61,755 bases of DNA, filler included, from Nemertoderma westbladi (GCA_032718475.1; 3 parts of 3 records of this genome joined end to end with filler, not necessarily neighbours in it), one strand, 5' to 3'; shown: positions 36,246-48,853, counted from the first letter of the whole stretch. Notes: generated by a model from the sequence alone, not told the origin. A program made the numbers and translations.

Positions 36246-36941
36246 TGTTGACTCAGTGCGTGGTAAGCGCACAGTTCACTCGTACTGCATACATAGTGTT
36301 AGTAGATGATATTTACCAGTCGGGGAATAATATTGCAGTACTATGGACGCAAACACTCGCACTAAAATGAACCGAATCTTTACAGACAGGGCGCAGTTAA
36401 TCACTAACCGTGTGGAAATCGAGTTGGTTTGATCTCTGGTCTTGTATATTCATCAACAATAGTAGAGCAATAATAGTAAATAATAATAATGCAAGCAAGC
36501 AAGATGTTAAATGCATGCAACAAGTTACTATGCACACAGCAAGGTGAAATACTACGAGTCCGATAGTTACAATACAATAACTCGCAACAGGCTAATATGA
36601 TGTTAGGTTAAGCCTGAAGTAATGGGATGACATCGACTATATAAAGGCACAGAAATACTGTAAGTAGAACAGCCAATAAGACGCAAGAATGCTGGCTCAG
36701 GTAGTTACCAATAAGAGTTCAGTAATACCACAACTGCTGCTAGGCAACATATAAACAAATTTATGGAGATATTCAACACGAGTTAGGCATAAATGCTATA
36801 CGCACTGAAATTGAATGATAATGTGTTAAAAATATAAGATTTCTGTATGCAGTTAGCCCGTGCAGCAAAATGCATATTCATTATTATTCAGGACAATGAG
36901 TCCTGAAAATACTCATACATATTCTTTCGGTTGACTCAACA
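36246..36941. mobile_element. Possible solo LTR
   Basis: TGTTGA...TCAACA termini, internal TATATAAAG and two CCAAT boxes. No TSD found. Confidence 0.35.
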
Positions 36942-37779
36942 GTAGTCTCTAATTTGACTCTCATTGGTTCGCTCTGTTGACTCACCTGTGGTCTCTCCTG
37001 TTGTACAGTATTGTTAAAATAAGTAGTAAACAGAATTTGTGAATACGGCGTCATCTTTTTTTCCTGTCTAGAGTAGCTGTTGAGTTAATATCCAGACCTA
37101 ACTATCTGAATTATACTAAATGTATCACATGTGTATTGTCCAGTTGAGATCATGACGTGTACAACAATGGAAAAACAAACTACCGTTCAAAAGTTTAAAT
37201 AGCCTTTATGGACAATTCCAAGTGTGGCTCATTCGCCGAGATAAAAAGACCATCGTTTTTCTAAATAATCCGTAACAAATGACCTTTGCATATTACCAAT
37301 TGTGGTGTCGTTTCAGTCTATTTTAACATATCATTAACTTAATTTCGCGAATATTTAAATGTCGATATGATTTCACCATTTATAAGCAAGGTACATTTTA
37401 AAGGAAAGTAGCATTTATATTTCGAACTAAATTTCTCATTCAATAGCCTGACAAAAAGTAGCAAGCTGTACCTGTAGTCAGTTACTATACTACAGTCCTG
37501 TTCACAATTGAAATCCATTCTTCAATCTCAGTCAATCTAGTCCCATAGAAAAATAATATTTAGATTGATGAAATTGAACCATTGGAGCAAAGTTCGCAAC
37601 CCTTGAAACAAAGTATAAGTATCACCATATTTAAGTACTGCAGAAAAGACTTGTCCTTTCTGTGGGCCGTATGTATATATAGATAGATGTGGGTGTAGGA
37701 AGTAAAGATAGGCATGCGCGGTTGAATTAGGTTGGTTAAATATCATTTTCACTCAACGCAATGAAGTATCATCGATTAT

Positions 37780-38210
37780 GTTGTTTATTTTGATTAACTG
37801 TATCACCAATGACATCGCCAATGACAATGGCGTCCAGCCCCCCCCCCCCCCCCCCCCTTATTCACTCCATGAGGCGGCATAGCACAATATTATGCACTGT
37901 CTGGTCCTTACGGCGAAAGCAATGTCCTGCAAAGCGGAGGCGGCTTGCTCTATTAACAAGCGTTGGGGAATCAATGAGACACCTCCAATGTTATACTGCA
38001 TAGTGTCTGGTTGGAGATGTGTGCATTGTACTTGACACAGTGAACCCGACGTAGCATTCTTGTGAATGTACAATCCAGAGATTTGGTGTCCTCAGCAGTT
38101 AGAACCCAGTAGGCTTATGGATTCCCATAGAGGAGTACTGGAACTACTGCTGGTCTAAATAATCAGACCTTTAGTTTACGATGAATTCTATGTGACTTCC
38201 AAATCCCACT
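37780..38210 (-). mobile_element. RTE-type LINE 3' fragment
   Basis: The reverse complement matches 61430-61755, e.g. GTGTCAAGTACAATGCACACATCTCCAACCAGA and CGCCTCCGCTTTGCAGGACATTGCTTTCGCC. Confidence 0.85.
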
Positions 38211-39391
38211 GATATAAATATCAATATCCAACTGAGATGTTTTGTTGTTGATGTAAATTGTCACAGGGTGTAGCTTTTGCTTTACACTTGAGTCTGCCTA
38301 CAACCATTCAAAGTCAATTATTACAGCATAACACATAGCCAAAGGGAAATTAATTATTAGGTTTCATTGGAGTCTTTCAGATAAATTCCCCGTTCATTCA
38401 AGCCGCCATTAGTGCGGCGGCTATAGGGATAAGGTACGCGATTTAATTACATTTCACAATTATTTTGACTGCTCTGAATACTTAATAATCAGTAGGGGTA
38501 GTACTAAATAATCAATACTAAAAAAATTATTTCCTTAAAAATACTAATACAACAAGAGATAGTCTAAAGCATAGAGCAATAAAGAAATTTACTGGCTAAG
38601 CAAGTAAGTATCCCGACAGTTGTCCCATTCCCCGCTTACACCCCCCCCCCCCCCCCCCCCCCCCCTTGATAACAGTGTTTAGCCTGCACAATACTACTGT
38701 AGCTAATGCTATTAAACATGTGTTAAAAACATGTTAACGATGAAATCTTTCCCACGATATGCGCCCGACTTATGGAATACAATGGCTCCAAAAACTCTAC
38801 AAACCTCAATGGACTCTTTCAAAACACAACTAAAAACCTATTTATTTAATAAATACACTTAATTTGTAATTTTCCGTGTTTTGTCATTTTCAGTAAGTTT
38901 TTATTCAGTAAGTTTTTATCGAGTACGTAGATTATTTTAAACGTCTGTCTGCTATCCGCCTTCAAAAATTGTTCTAAATTTGTCGTAATTTATCAAATAT
39001 TTGGTGCAGTTTATCACAGCCAGGCGCCCTGATAGGAGTAAAATCTAGGAGGGCGCCTGGTTAAACAAATATAAATATTGCAATTATTATTATAGTGCGC
39101 AGTCTAGTCACGCAAGAAATTAGCCTTCAAAAAAATAAAGAATCCGCCTCGTTAATCCAAAACAAAATGTACATGTAACGCAACAGTACAGTACGTATTA
39201 ACCAGTATTATCATTTAACTAAATGTGCGATATTACTTATATTGAAAAAGATCGGCCTTCTCAATTAAAATAGCTCTTACGAGCTTATGTGATTGAAACT
39301 GATATTAAAAATGAAATGAAAGCTTTTGATATTAGACTGGTTATATCCCTGCAAACATTTTACGTTAATTACGATAATCTAACGTTAGACT

Positions 39392-40622
39392 TTAGTCTGT
39401 TTTTAACAGGTTTACAACGACCTCATTCATAGAACTGCCCACATCGGCGCTGTTGGATGGTTGTGCTTGTGGAATATGACGTAATCCTTTCTCGGGATTG
39501 AATGGCACTATACCTGAGGCTCCGAATACCTTAACAAGGTTCATGCTGATGGCAGGTTTTCCGAGGCTGTTATGGAGACGTTTCAACAGACCGGGGCTTT
39601 GGGTCTTAGGTATGGTGCCCTTTATCCTACTCTCTTTACGCCAAGCGCTGAGTTCCTTTCGCCACGCTGTTTTAGCAGGTTTAAAGGAAGCCACATCTAG
39701 GCCTGAAGGATGTGGGTACTGTTGGGAGGCAGCGGAATGAAGCGAATATTATTATCAAGGCAAGATTGCACTACTTGGACAGACATATGTGACCCAAGGT
39801 TATCGCCAATCAAGACTTTCTTGCCTGGCAAATCCTTTATTGATGGAAGATAAATTGTGGAAAACCATTCCTCAAATTTATCCATATTGAACCAGCCGGA
39901 CTCTGTTGAACTATAATGAGCCCCAACTGGGCCCCCGACTGTCCACCCCTCATACATATGCTTGGCCTTGTGGACAACCATAATTGGATTAAGGGTTCCA
40001 TCCGCGGAACCACTGTACATGACTGATGTCATCTGTTTCTGTTATTTATTGAATGCTCAGTGCCTCGGCTGCAAATAACGCGTTTAGACCCAGGATCGTT
40101 AGAGAATCCAGTTTCATCGTAATTGCCAAGATTTTGTGGCGGCACACCTTCAACTTCAGTTCATTATAGAAGTCAATTATCACATTTGGAGTGAGTTTTG
40201 CCCTAGCTGGCTTGATATTAGCAGCCATACGTTGTGTTAAGTTATGTCTCTTTAGAAAACCTCGAATCCACTCTATCCCAGGAAAATTATCTTTAAAGGC
40301 AGCAATCACCACACCTTTCTTATTCAAAAACTGTTGCACGATGTGTTGTATTTCACCATAGTCTAGCCTCTAACGGCTTCTTCCAATATACAAACGTGTC
40401 AATAACATCCAAAAGGCACTTTTCATCTGCAGGGTCTAATGCTACTGGATGACCGACACTGCCACTATGAACTTTGTTTACACTATTCCAAATCGTCCCA
40501 TATGATACTTGGAATTTCTTAGAAGCGCCTCTTCCTACAGCTGCAACAGCTTTCATTAATGTCTCACTTGTATAATTCCCATAGGTACGTGAACCCAGGG
40601 GCTTTTTGTAATTCCGAACCAT
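39392..40622 (-). pseudogene. pogo/Tigger-like transposase (psq-type HTH, CENP-B HTH, DDE_1), frameshifted
   Basis: MVRNYKK...KAV.AV...ASKKFQV, PGIEWIRGFLKRH, NYDETG (alternative frame), SGWFN...FEEWF, LIGDNLGSH, LPPNSTHILQ. Confidence 0.9.
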
Positions 40623-40669
40623 TGTAGATAGGTAGTGATAGGCTAGGTGCTAGAGGCCTATCTTACAGA

Positions 40670-41355
40670 TATACATAAATGTGTAATTCCAACCACGCAT
40701 TTATCTTTGATATAATCCATGATAGTAGTGTATGTTTTCGATAGATTCGATAGATTCATCGCAAGCATCATGTATGTTAAATTCGTAATCAGCGCGTTTA
40801 TTTGGTTTGCCATTCTTCTTTAATATAGGACTTAGCCTCCAGCATCACAAAATAGTTTATCAAGAACTTCACCTTTCACATTATCCAACCCTTCCTCAAC
40901 ATTCGTGTATAATTTGACTTTATTTGATGCGCCAAGAGGCTTTTTAAGTAAAACTTTGCTTCGGTCACATCCAGAGTAATTGAATTTAATCGTGAAGTTA
41001 ACAACTCTGCTGTTCTCGCTTGGTCGTGGTCGACAGCGGCCTACATGACGACGTGTAGCAGCTGCTCGAGATGCTATAGCCCTTCGACTATTACTATTCC
41101 CAAATGTAACTGATGCTGATTGTCTTCGTTGAGTATCAGTGTGAGTACCATCATTACCGGTTTCAGGTCTACCATCTGCAGAAATCATCCTATTGCTCCC
41201 AGTGGGAGTACCGGCACTGGTACATGATGGAGTCCATGATGGTGACCCAATATGACCACTTATCTCGTTTAATCTATTGCAGTATTGTTAATTCGATGGC
41301 GCAGTTCAGCCAGTTCTGATTGAGATAAGTCAGGTGTATTGTCCTCGTCATCCAT
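40670..41355 (-). pseudogene. Degraded ORF of unknown function upstream of the transposase
   Basis: Starts MDDEDNTPDLSQSELAEL, includes ORF 40832-41188, and continues after a frameshift as SPILKKNGKPNKRADYEFNIHD. Confidence 0.4.
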
Positions 41356-41679
41356 TTTCAATAGACTATGCCTGCCTATAGGCCTACTTCTTATGTCTTA
41401 CCTGCAGTACAGTTCTATATACAACTACTGAACTAACTAATCCTATGGAATTACCGGTCTTTCTGAAGATTGGTAAGGTAAAGCTGCCGGGTTGGCCGTA
41501 GTCAGGTCGTATCAGTCTGTCGGTAGTCAGTAGTGATTAAAAGATTAACAACTAACTACAGAACTAAGCTTACAGAGCTACAGGCAACCGGTACTGCAGT
41601 ACTGCACTGATAGACTGAAAAGGGAACGACAATTTGCTGCACTGCACTGAGACAGTATTTTAAATTTCCCTCCAAAATG

Positions 41680-41800
41680 TTTGAATTATATTTGATTAAT
41701 TTCTGTTTCTGGTTGAATTATATTTGATTAATTTCTGTTTCTGGTTGAATTATATTTGATTAATTTCTGTTTTAAGGAATTATATTTCATTAATTTCTTT
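41680..41800. repeat. 32-bp tandem repeat, ~4 units
   Basis: TGAATTATATTTGATTAATTTCTGTTTCTGGT. Confidence 0.9.
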
Positions 41801-43134
41801 TTATATTTCCCATTTTGAAAATTAATTAAATTGGCCACATTCAGCCGCCGTATAATACAGTAATAAGATCAGAAAAGGGTCTGTATGTGTATACTATACA
41901 ACGACGGCCCGGCACTATATTAAATTCCATGATTGGTACATAGGCCTACATACAGACATATACAATATATACTGATATATGTATGGTGATGACATGTATG
42001 ATGACAGGATGATGACATATGTATAAATAAACCATCTTCCATATCTTCAACTGGCACTGATACTGTGATAAGCTGATTCCATTATTTTACAGTGACATGC
42101 AGACAGGCAAAGTTTCTGTTCATGAAAAAGTGAAATTTTAGGTTTTTTGAATTTCGAATAACACACAATAACAGGCTTTCAGGTGCCTTCTGAAACAAGT
42201 TAATGCTTGCCTATATTCAGATATTTGTAATTAATTAATAAACTGATTAAATAGGCTAATTTCATTTATTCGATTTCATTAACTTTTAGATGGGTTATTT
42301 TATTTGCCCTCAAAAAATCATGGCCATACCACCCCTCCAAATTTAGAATTTGGGGTGGTATGGCAATAACAACTGCCAGAGACCATTAATATTTGCTTGG
42401 CCTACTGTCTGGCCTATATGGAATATTGACAAAAAGCGCGCCACACGGGTTCTGGTATAACGAAAAGCGCGCCAGCCATGACATTCAATGCGCGCCAACC
42501 AATCACCATTAAATTTTGCAATTATTACTGTATTATATTGTAATCATTTACCAAGATGTTTTGCAGAAATGTAAACATTAATACAGTAATAGTCTGTTAG
42601 TAGGTCAACCGACTGTTTTTAAATACATACTGACTGATGTGATTAAATTGAGAGCACAGTGAGCAAGTAAATTTTAAAATTTATAGCTGTATATAGTAGG
42701 CCAACCAACTGTTTTTAAATAAATAATGTTATTATGGATTAAATTGCGAGTGTAGCGAGCAGAGCACGAGAATGTGGTTTTATATTGGTTTGAACAATTG
42801 AAAAACTTTTGAAACAACTCATGTTTTAAAGGACTGAAGGTGTAGGCCTACTGCGAGTGCAGGATTGCAATAATAATTAATATGCTGCTACAGTATTACC
42901 AGATTACATAACAGTCAACCAACAGTTAGGCATACTAATCGGCTACCTATCTATGGCATACATTTGATTTTAAAATCCCGCTACATTAAATCACGCGCAG
43001 AAACATTTATTTCACCTCTACAAGCGCACGGTTTTATTATTTACAGGATGTAATAATTCACAAATTGATTAATTTCTCCTCCTATTTTAGGGGGTGATAT
43101 AAATGGATACATTAATGTGATTTTATCTTCCCCC

Positions 43135-44522
43135 CAGCGATTGGCTGATTTGGGAGGGAATTTAAATACACAATTATGCAGTAATAAATCCGTTCGCCAA
43201 TGATTGGTTAATTTAGGGGAGAGTTTAATAAAACAATTATGTTGTAATAAATCCGCCTGCTAATGATTGGCTGATTTAGGGGAGAGTTTAAAAACACAAT
43301 TATGCTGTAATAAATCCGCCCGCTAATGATTGGTTGATTTAGGGGAGAGTTTAAATACACAATTATGCTGTAATAAATCCGCCCGCTAATGATTGGTTGA
43401 TTTAGGGGAGAGTTTAAATACACAATTATGCTGTAATAAATCCGCCCGCAAATGATTGGCTTGAAAAAATTTGAAAATTCTCTATTTCCTAAATTGTATG
43501 AAAGCTGTACTAAATAACAGGTCATGTAACAGGTTAAAAATTGTCTACTAATTCTATAAAACACCATTTTTATTCGGTTTGTCAGTCTAAATAATAAGTT
43601 AAAATTGCCAACATTTTATTTTATAATTCGTCAATTGTGAATCATATTTCTTAAAGTCAATATTTGCCAATAAACTAAACTGTCCAATCAGAGAGCAAGA
43701 CCTGTAATAGCATGATTTTGACATTCCAGAATATTATATTTCGGTTAGCAAATGTTAGAAATAAAGGTCAGCCACCAGGCATGTTTGTTGAAAATTATAT
43801 AAGTAGTAAATAGTAGCCCAATTTCTATCTGGCGGTCATAATGGGAAATTATCGTAATTCCCGTCACCATGGAAACGGGATTGAAAAATAAATTAAATGT
43901 AAAATAATTTGAAAGACTTTTATTCCATTTACTCATACACCAAATCTGAAGAACAGAATCCATTGTCGTTTTGAATTACAGGCGCTCGAAATTTGAACTT
44001 TGCACCCGGTTACCTTGGCAACTACAAGATAAAAATCCCAGAAAGACATTTTATTACATTTCTATGAACCCTAGTCATCATATCCACCTAACCAAAGAAG
44101 CACAAAAGAAGTTTCTAAGGAAATATTATGAAAAAAGTGCCATAAATAGGGAAAAGATCGGCCTCCGCTAATTTCAGCAATCTGCTCGCTGCATGACCTG
44201 TTATTTAGTACACCTTGATTGTATGCTACCAATTGCGGTACTGTTGCACAGTATGTCATTTTCAAATAGGCCTCTCGTTATATTTCGATAAATTATCCAA
44301 AGCTTGGGGTGGATATTATTTCAGCCAATCACTAGCGCGAGGATTTAATAACACATAATTTGTGTATTTAAATTCCCTCCTATTCCAGCGAATTATTAGT
44401 GCGATGATTTAATACACCATAATTATGTATTTAAACTCTTCTCTAAATCAACCAATCATTAGCGGGCGGATTTATTACAACATAATTGTTTTATTAAACT
44501 CTCCCCTAAATCAACCAATCAT
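43135..44522. mobile_element. Foldback-like element: inverted arrays of a 63-bp unit around a ~860-bp spacer
   Basis: About 5 units at 43135-43460 and about 3 reverse-complement units at 44320-44522; the right arm is cut by an RTE LINE. Confidence 0.65.
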
Positions 44523-45582
44523 TTCCAAGTCATTCCCATTGGCGATATCTCCTTTGCAGAAGTGAAGGCTGCTGCAAGGAGCATTAAGACCAATCGTGCC
44601 AGTGGAGTAGATGGTGTTCCCCCTGAGGTCTTTAAAATACCTGAGTGTTTAAAGCTCATCTATCCCATCATAGTAGACATGTACCGAACAACAAGAGTCC
44701 CACAAGAAATGAAAACAAATAAGTTGGTGCCAGTTCCCAAGAAGGGCAACCTAACACTCTATGGTTCTTTTCGGGGAATCTCATTGATCTCGATTGCTGC
44801 AAAGCTATACAATAGGATTCTATTAAATCGCATCAGGGACCCCATTGAGAGACTGCTCCGTGGAAATCAGAATGGGTTCCGTAAAGGTCGTGGGACCATG
44901 GAGCCCATTTTGGCACTTAGAAGGATAATTGAAGAGTTATCAAAAAAGAAAGACAGGCATCTGGCTGTTATCTTTGTTGACTTCTTCAAGGCCTTTGATT
45001 CAGTCTCTCGCTCACGTATGTTCAGCATACTTTCATTATATGGGATTCCTGATGAAATTATTGCAGCAATCAGATCAGTATACGATGGTTCGACAACATT
45101 TGTGTCTACTGTTGATGGTGACACGGAACCATTTGAAGTGTTATGGGGCGTCCTCCAAGGAGACACACTTGCACCATTCTTGTTCATTATTGTGGTTGAC
45201 TATGTTCTACGCATGTCCTTAGATCATTATAATGATGATGGGGTGATGATAACTCCACCTACTGGCTCCAGAAGTCGAGGAAATCCTGCCAAGTACCTAA
45301 CTGATCTAGACTTTGCTGATGACTTAGGAGTACAGGAGTACTCTCAGAATCATTAGAGGGAGCCCAACGGCTCCTCAGCTCATTAGAACATGCTGCTTCT
45401 AGTGTTGGTCTTTTTATTAACTCCAGAAAGACCAAAATTCTGACAGTAAACTTTGAAAGTCCTCAGCAAGTCTCTGATCGGATGAGCATAAGCTCAAAGG
45501 ATGGTATGCTTGAGCATGTGGACGACTTCTGTTACCTGGGATCATGGATCCGGAAGTCAGGTGAGGACCTTCGAATACGTAA
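44523..45582 (+). mobile_element. RTE-type LINE RT, 5'-truncated, running into the gap
   Basis: ASGVDGVPPE, PKKG, FRGISL, QNGFRKGR, FVDFFKAFDSV, GVLQGDTLAPFLF, DFADD, FCYLG. Confidence 0.93.
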
Positions 45583-45682
45583 NNNNNNNNNNNNNNNNNN
45601 NNNNNNNNNNNNNNNNNNNNNNNNNNTTAATTAATTAANNNNNNNNNNNNNNNNNNNNNNNNNNNNNNNNNNNNNNNNNNNN
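45583..45682. other. Assembly gap with artificial six-frame-stop linker
   Basis: N44 TTAATTAATTAA N44. Confidence 0.97.
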
Positions 45683-45824
45683 CCCAGACTGTGACGCTAA
45701 AAATAATTATACTGTATAACGGCTAATATAATTATACTGTATAACAGCTAATATAATTATACTGCATAACGGCTAATATATGTACAGTATAACACGGGCT
45801 AACATAGGTACAGCGCCATATATC

Positions 45825-46065
45825 GTAACACAGCGCATCCTCCAGCACCTGGTACTCGTCGTCACAGTCTGGGGCTATGTGCTGGAGGTAGGCCCACTCC
45901 CGTTGGAGGGAGCCGGCCATGGCAGCGAACGCGGCTTGGGGTTGGGCCTCGGCCATCTCGGAGAGACGACCAACCGATGCGACCCACGCAGCAACTTTGG
46001 CCTGAACGTAACCCAATCGCTCTGCAGTCCCACCAAGATACCCGCCCAGGAAACGGTGACCCGAT
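45825..46065 (-). mobile_element. Short fragment of another non-LTR retrotransposon, post-RT region (CRE-like, tentative)
   Basis: GHRFLGGYLGG followed by YVQAKVAAW..V.RL.EMA..QPQAAFAA...LQREWAYLQ. Confidence 0.55.
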
Positions 46066-46111
46066 ACTACAGTATGTTTATCTCCTGGCCAGCGAAAACT
46101 CTACGAAAACT

Positions 46112-46904
46112 CTATAATATTGTGGTAATTAGATGCATTGTGGTAATTAGATGCCAATGTAAAATAATATTGTGGTAATTAGATGCAGCATGTAGTCTTG
46201 TGGTAAATAGACACTTGCATTCTATACATTGTGGTAATTAGATGCCAATGTAAAATAATATTGTGGTAATTAGATGCAGTGTAGTCTTGTGGTAAATAGA
46301 CACTTGCATTCTGTATATTGTGGTAATTAGATGCCAATGTAAAATAATATTGTGGTAATTAGATGCAGTGTAGTCTTGTGGTAAATAGACACTTGAATTA
46401 TGTATATTGCGGTAATTAGATGGCAATGTAAAATAATATTGTGGTAATTAGATGCAGTGTAGTCTTGTGGTAAATAGACACTTGCGTTCTGTATATTGTG
46501 GTAATTAGATGCCAATGTAAAATGATATTGTGCATGGTAATTAGATGCAGTGTAGTCTTGTGGTAAATAGACACTTGCGTTCTGTATATTGTGGTAATTA
46601 GATGCCAATGTAAAATGATATTGTGGTAATTAGATGCAGTGTAGTCTTGTGGTAAATAGACACTTGAGTTCTGTATATTGTGGTAATTAGATGCCAATGT
46701 AAAATAATATTGTGGTAATTAGATGCAGTGTAGTCTTGTGGTAAATAGACACTTGAGTTCTGTATATTGTGGTAATTAGATGCCAATGTAAAATAATATT
46801 GTGGTAATTAGATGCAGTGTAGTCTTGTGGTAAATAGACACTTCGGTTCTGTATATTGTGGTAATTAGACGCCATTGTAAAATAATATTGTGGTAATTAG
46901 ATGC
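46112..46904. repeat. 89-bp tandem repeat, ~9 units
   Basis: The unit contains TATTGTGGTAATTAGATGC twice; units are nearly identical. Confidence 0.95.
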
Positions 46905-46914
46905 CTCTATCGAA

Positions 46915-47027
46915 TTGTTGGGGTAGATTGCGGTAGATTGTGGTAGGTTGGGGTAGATTGTGGTAGGTTGGGGTAGATTGTGGTAGGTTGGGGTAGATTG
47001 TGGTAGGTTGGGGTAATTAGTAGGACC
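46915..47027. repeat. 20-bp G-rich repeat ending at a possible transposon terminus
   Basis: (GGGGTAGATTGTGGTAGGTT)n followed by GTAATTAGTAGGACCG. Confidence 0.8.
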
Positions 47028-47301
47028 GATTATTATAAGCTAAAGTCTAAGTGCAATATTTCGGCAAAATACTGATATACTTTCGACCAATATACCTATG
47101 GTACTGTGTACTGTGGTACTCAATACAACAATAATAATACAATAATTAATAAATTAAGTTTTTTTAGTTAAAATCCCCCCCCTGGATACTCCCATGCTGT
47201 AAAACATTATTACATTAAATTTTTCGAACCTTTCTCATCTGTACGTAAACACCATAGAATAATATTGATAATGATTCCCTATGTAAAACCAAGACAATAG
47301 A

Positions 47302-47492
47302 TTAGCCGTAACGCGACTTTTTGAGTAGCCGTACCGCGACTTTCAAAGTCGCGTTACGGCTACTCTGAAAATTAGCCGTAACGCGACTTTCCGTAACGCG
47401 ACATTAGCCGTAACGCGACTTTCCGTAACGCGACATTAGCCGTAACGCGACTTTCCGTAACGCGACATTAGCCGTACCGCAACTGCGCCGTA
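47302..47492. mobile_element. MITE-like end with direct and inverted CCGTAACGCGAC motifs
   Basis: 32-bp units, an inverted copy near 47345-47363, and terminus ...CTGCGCCG|TA. Confidence 0.5.
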
Positions 47493-47631
47493 TGCACTAT
47501 GTAGGTATGGCTGTATCTACCTGGAGCTGGACCTGGTTTATCTAGTACCGGTACTGTAGAACTGTGCCTAGTTGATTAATTTTAATAAAAATTTACACTG
47601 TTATTTAATAATAATTATAAATTATAACTAA

Positions 47632-47751
47632 CTGGCATCGTTAACTAAAGACCCCTGGTATGTCGTGGATATAGAATCTGGGGAACCCAATAACGAAGTC
47701 GGTGATTCAACTCACACTGTGGCAGCAACTCATCCGAACTCAACCAATTCA
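47632..47751 (+). CDS. Candidate upstream exon of the TRPA1-like gene; 5' boundary uncertain
   Basis: 40 open codons (LASLTKDPWYVVDIES...NSTNS) ending at a phase-0 GTAAGT donor, in frame with the exon at 48854. Confidence 0.4.
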
Positions 47752-47975
47752 GTAAGTCATAAATAATCAGCTCTACTAACAAATAACTCTAGCTGTCCAC
47801 TAGCAAGATTACCGGCAGACACGAAGCTGCACAACATGTAAGAGTATTGTCCGTTCTGAGCTGGGCAGTCGTAATCCATACTGTTAATCGTTATAACATT
47901 TCAAAAGGAAAGGTAATATGTTCTGTACTCCATTCATTGTTGTGTTACCGGTACGTACATACCGGTTCCTACCGG

Positions 47976-48499
47976 TGTAACAGAGAATTGTCACTCCCCA
48001 TGCAAAATCACACTCCGGTTAAAATTCCCTAGTGTATTCTCACTCCCAGGGTGTATTTTCCCTAGTGTATTTTAGCTCCCCCCCCCCCCCCCCCCCCCCC
48101 AGTGAAAACTCACCCCTGCATTTATAAATTTCCATGCTGTGCAAATCCATCCCTGTTTAAATTTCCCTAGTGTATTCTCACTCCCTGTGTATTTTTTGTA
48201 TCTTCTACAGTACTTTACTATATACAAACCTCCAGCGTGTGTTTGTCTGTGTAGTATAGATCTGTGGTCGTCTGTACGCTTTTAACTGTAGGCTTATATC
48301 GAATTTAATAAATATTGAACTTTAAAATATCATGGGGGTAATAATTCACTGAGGGGGGTTAAATTTCACTAAAAAATCACCCAGAGTAGTTTCACCCCCG
48401 GTTAAAATACCCTAGTGAATTCTAATCGGGGGGAGAAAATACACTAGTGAATCTTAACCGGGGGGTGAATTTTTAGGGGGGTGGAAATTTTCTGCTACA
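47976..48499. mobile_element. MITE with imperfect TIRs and CTAGTG subterminal repeats, intronic
   Basis: TGTAACAGAGAATTGTCACTCCCC versus the reverse complement of the right end, TGTAGCAGAAAATTTCCACCCCC. Confidence 0.65.
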
Positions 48500-48808
48500 T
48501 AGAGAGCAAACCCTAACTGTAGTCCTCTCTGTAGAGAGCAAACCCTAACTGTAGTCCTCTCTGTAGAGAGCAAACCCTAACTGTAGTCCTCTCTGTAGAG
48601 AGCAAACCCTAACTGTAGTCCTCTCTGTAGAGAGCAAACCCTAACTGTAGCTCTCTCTGTAGAGAGCAAACCCTAACTGTAGCCCTCTCTGTAGAGAGCA
48701 AACCCTAACTGTAGCCCTCTCTGTAGAGAGCAAACCCTAACTGTAGCCCTCTCTGTAGAGAGCAAACCCTAACTGTAGCCCTCTCTGTAGAGAGCAAACC
48801 CTAACTGC
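48500..48808. repeat. 32-bp minisatellite, ~9.6 units, just upstream of a splice acceptor
   Basis: Unit TAGAGAGCAAACCCTAACTGTAGTCCTCTCTG. Confidence 0.95.
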
Positions 48809-48853
48809 TTGTGGGCTAGACCTTTTCTGTGAGCGATTTGTTTTCTTTACCAG

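Noticed and set aside
46238-46875. Series of near-identical short ORFs (MASNYHNIQN...)
   Set aside because: Artefacts of the 89-bp tandem repeat. The ORFs at 19033, 28310, 34948, 35116/35695 and 43208 are likewise repeat-derived.
48500-48808. Interstitial telomere
   Set aside because: Only one CCCTAA per 32-bp unit; there is no (TTAGGG)n run.
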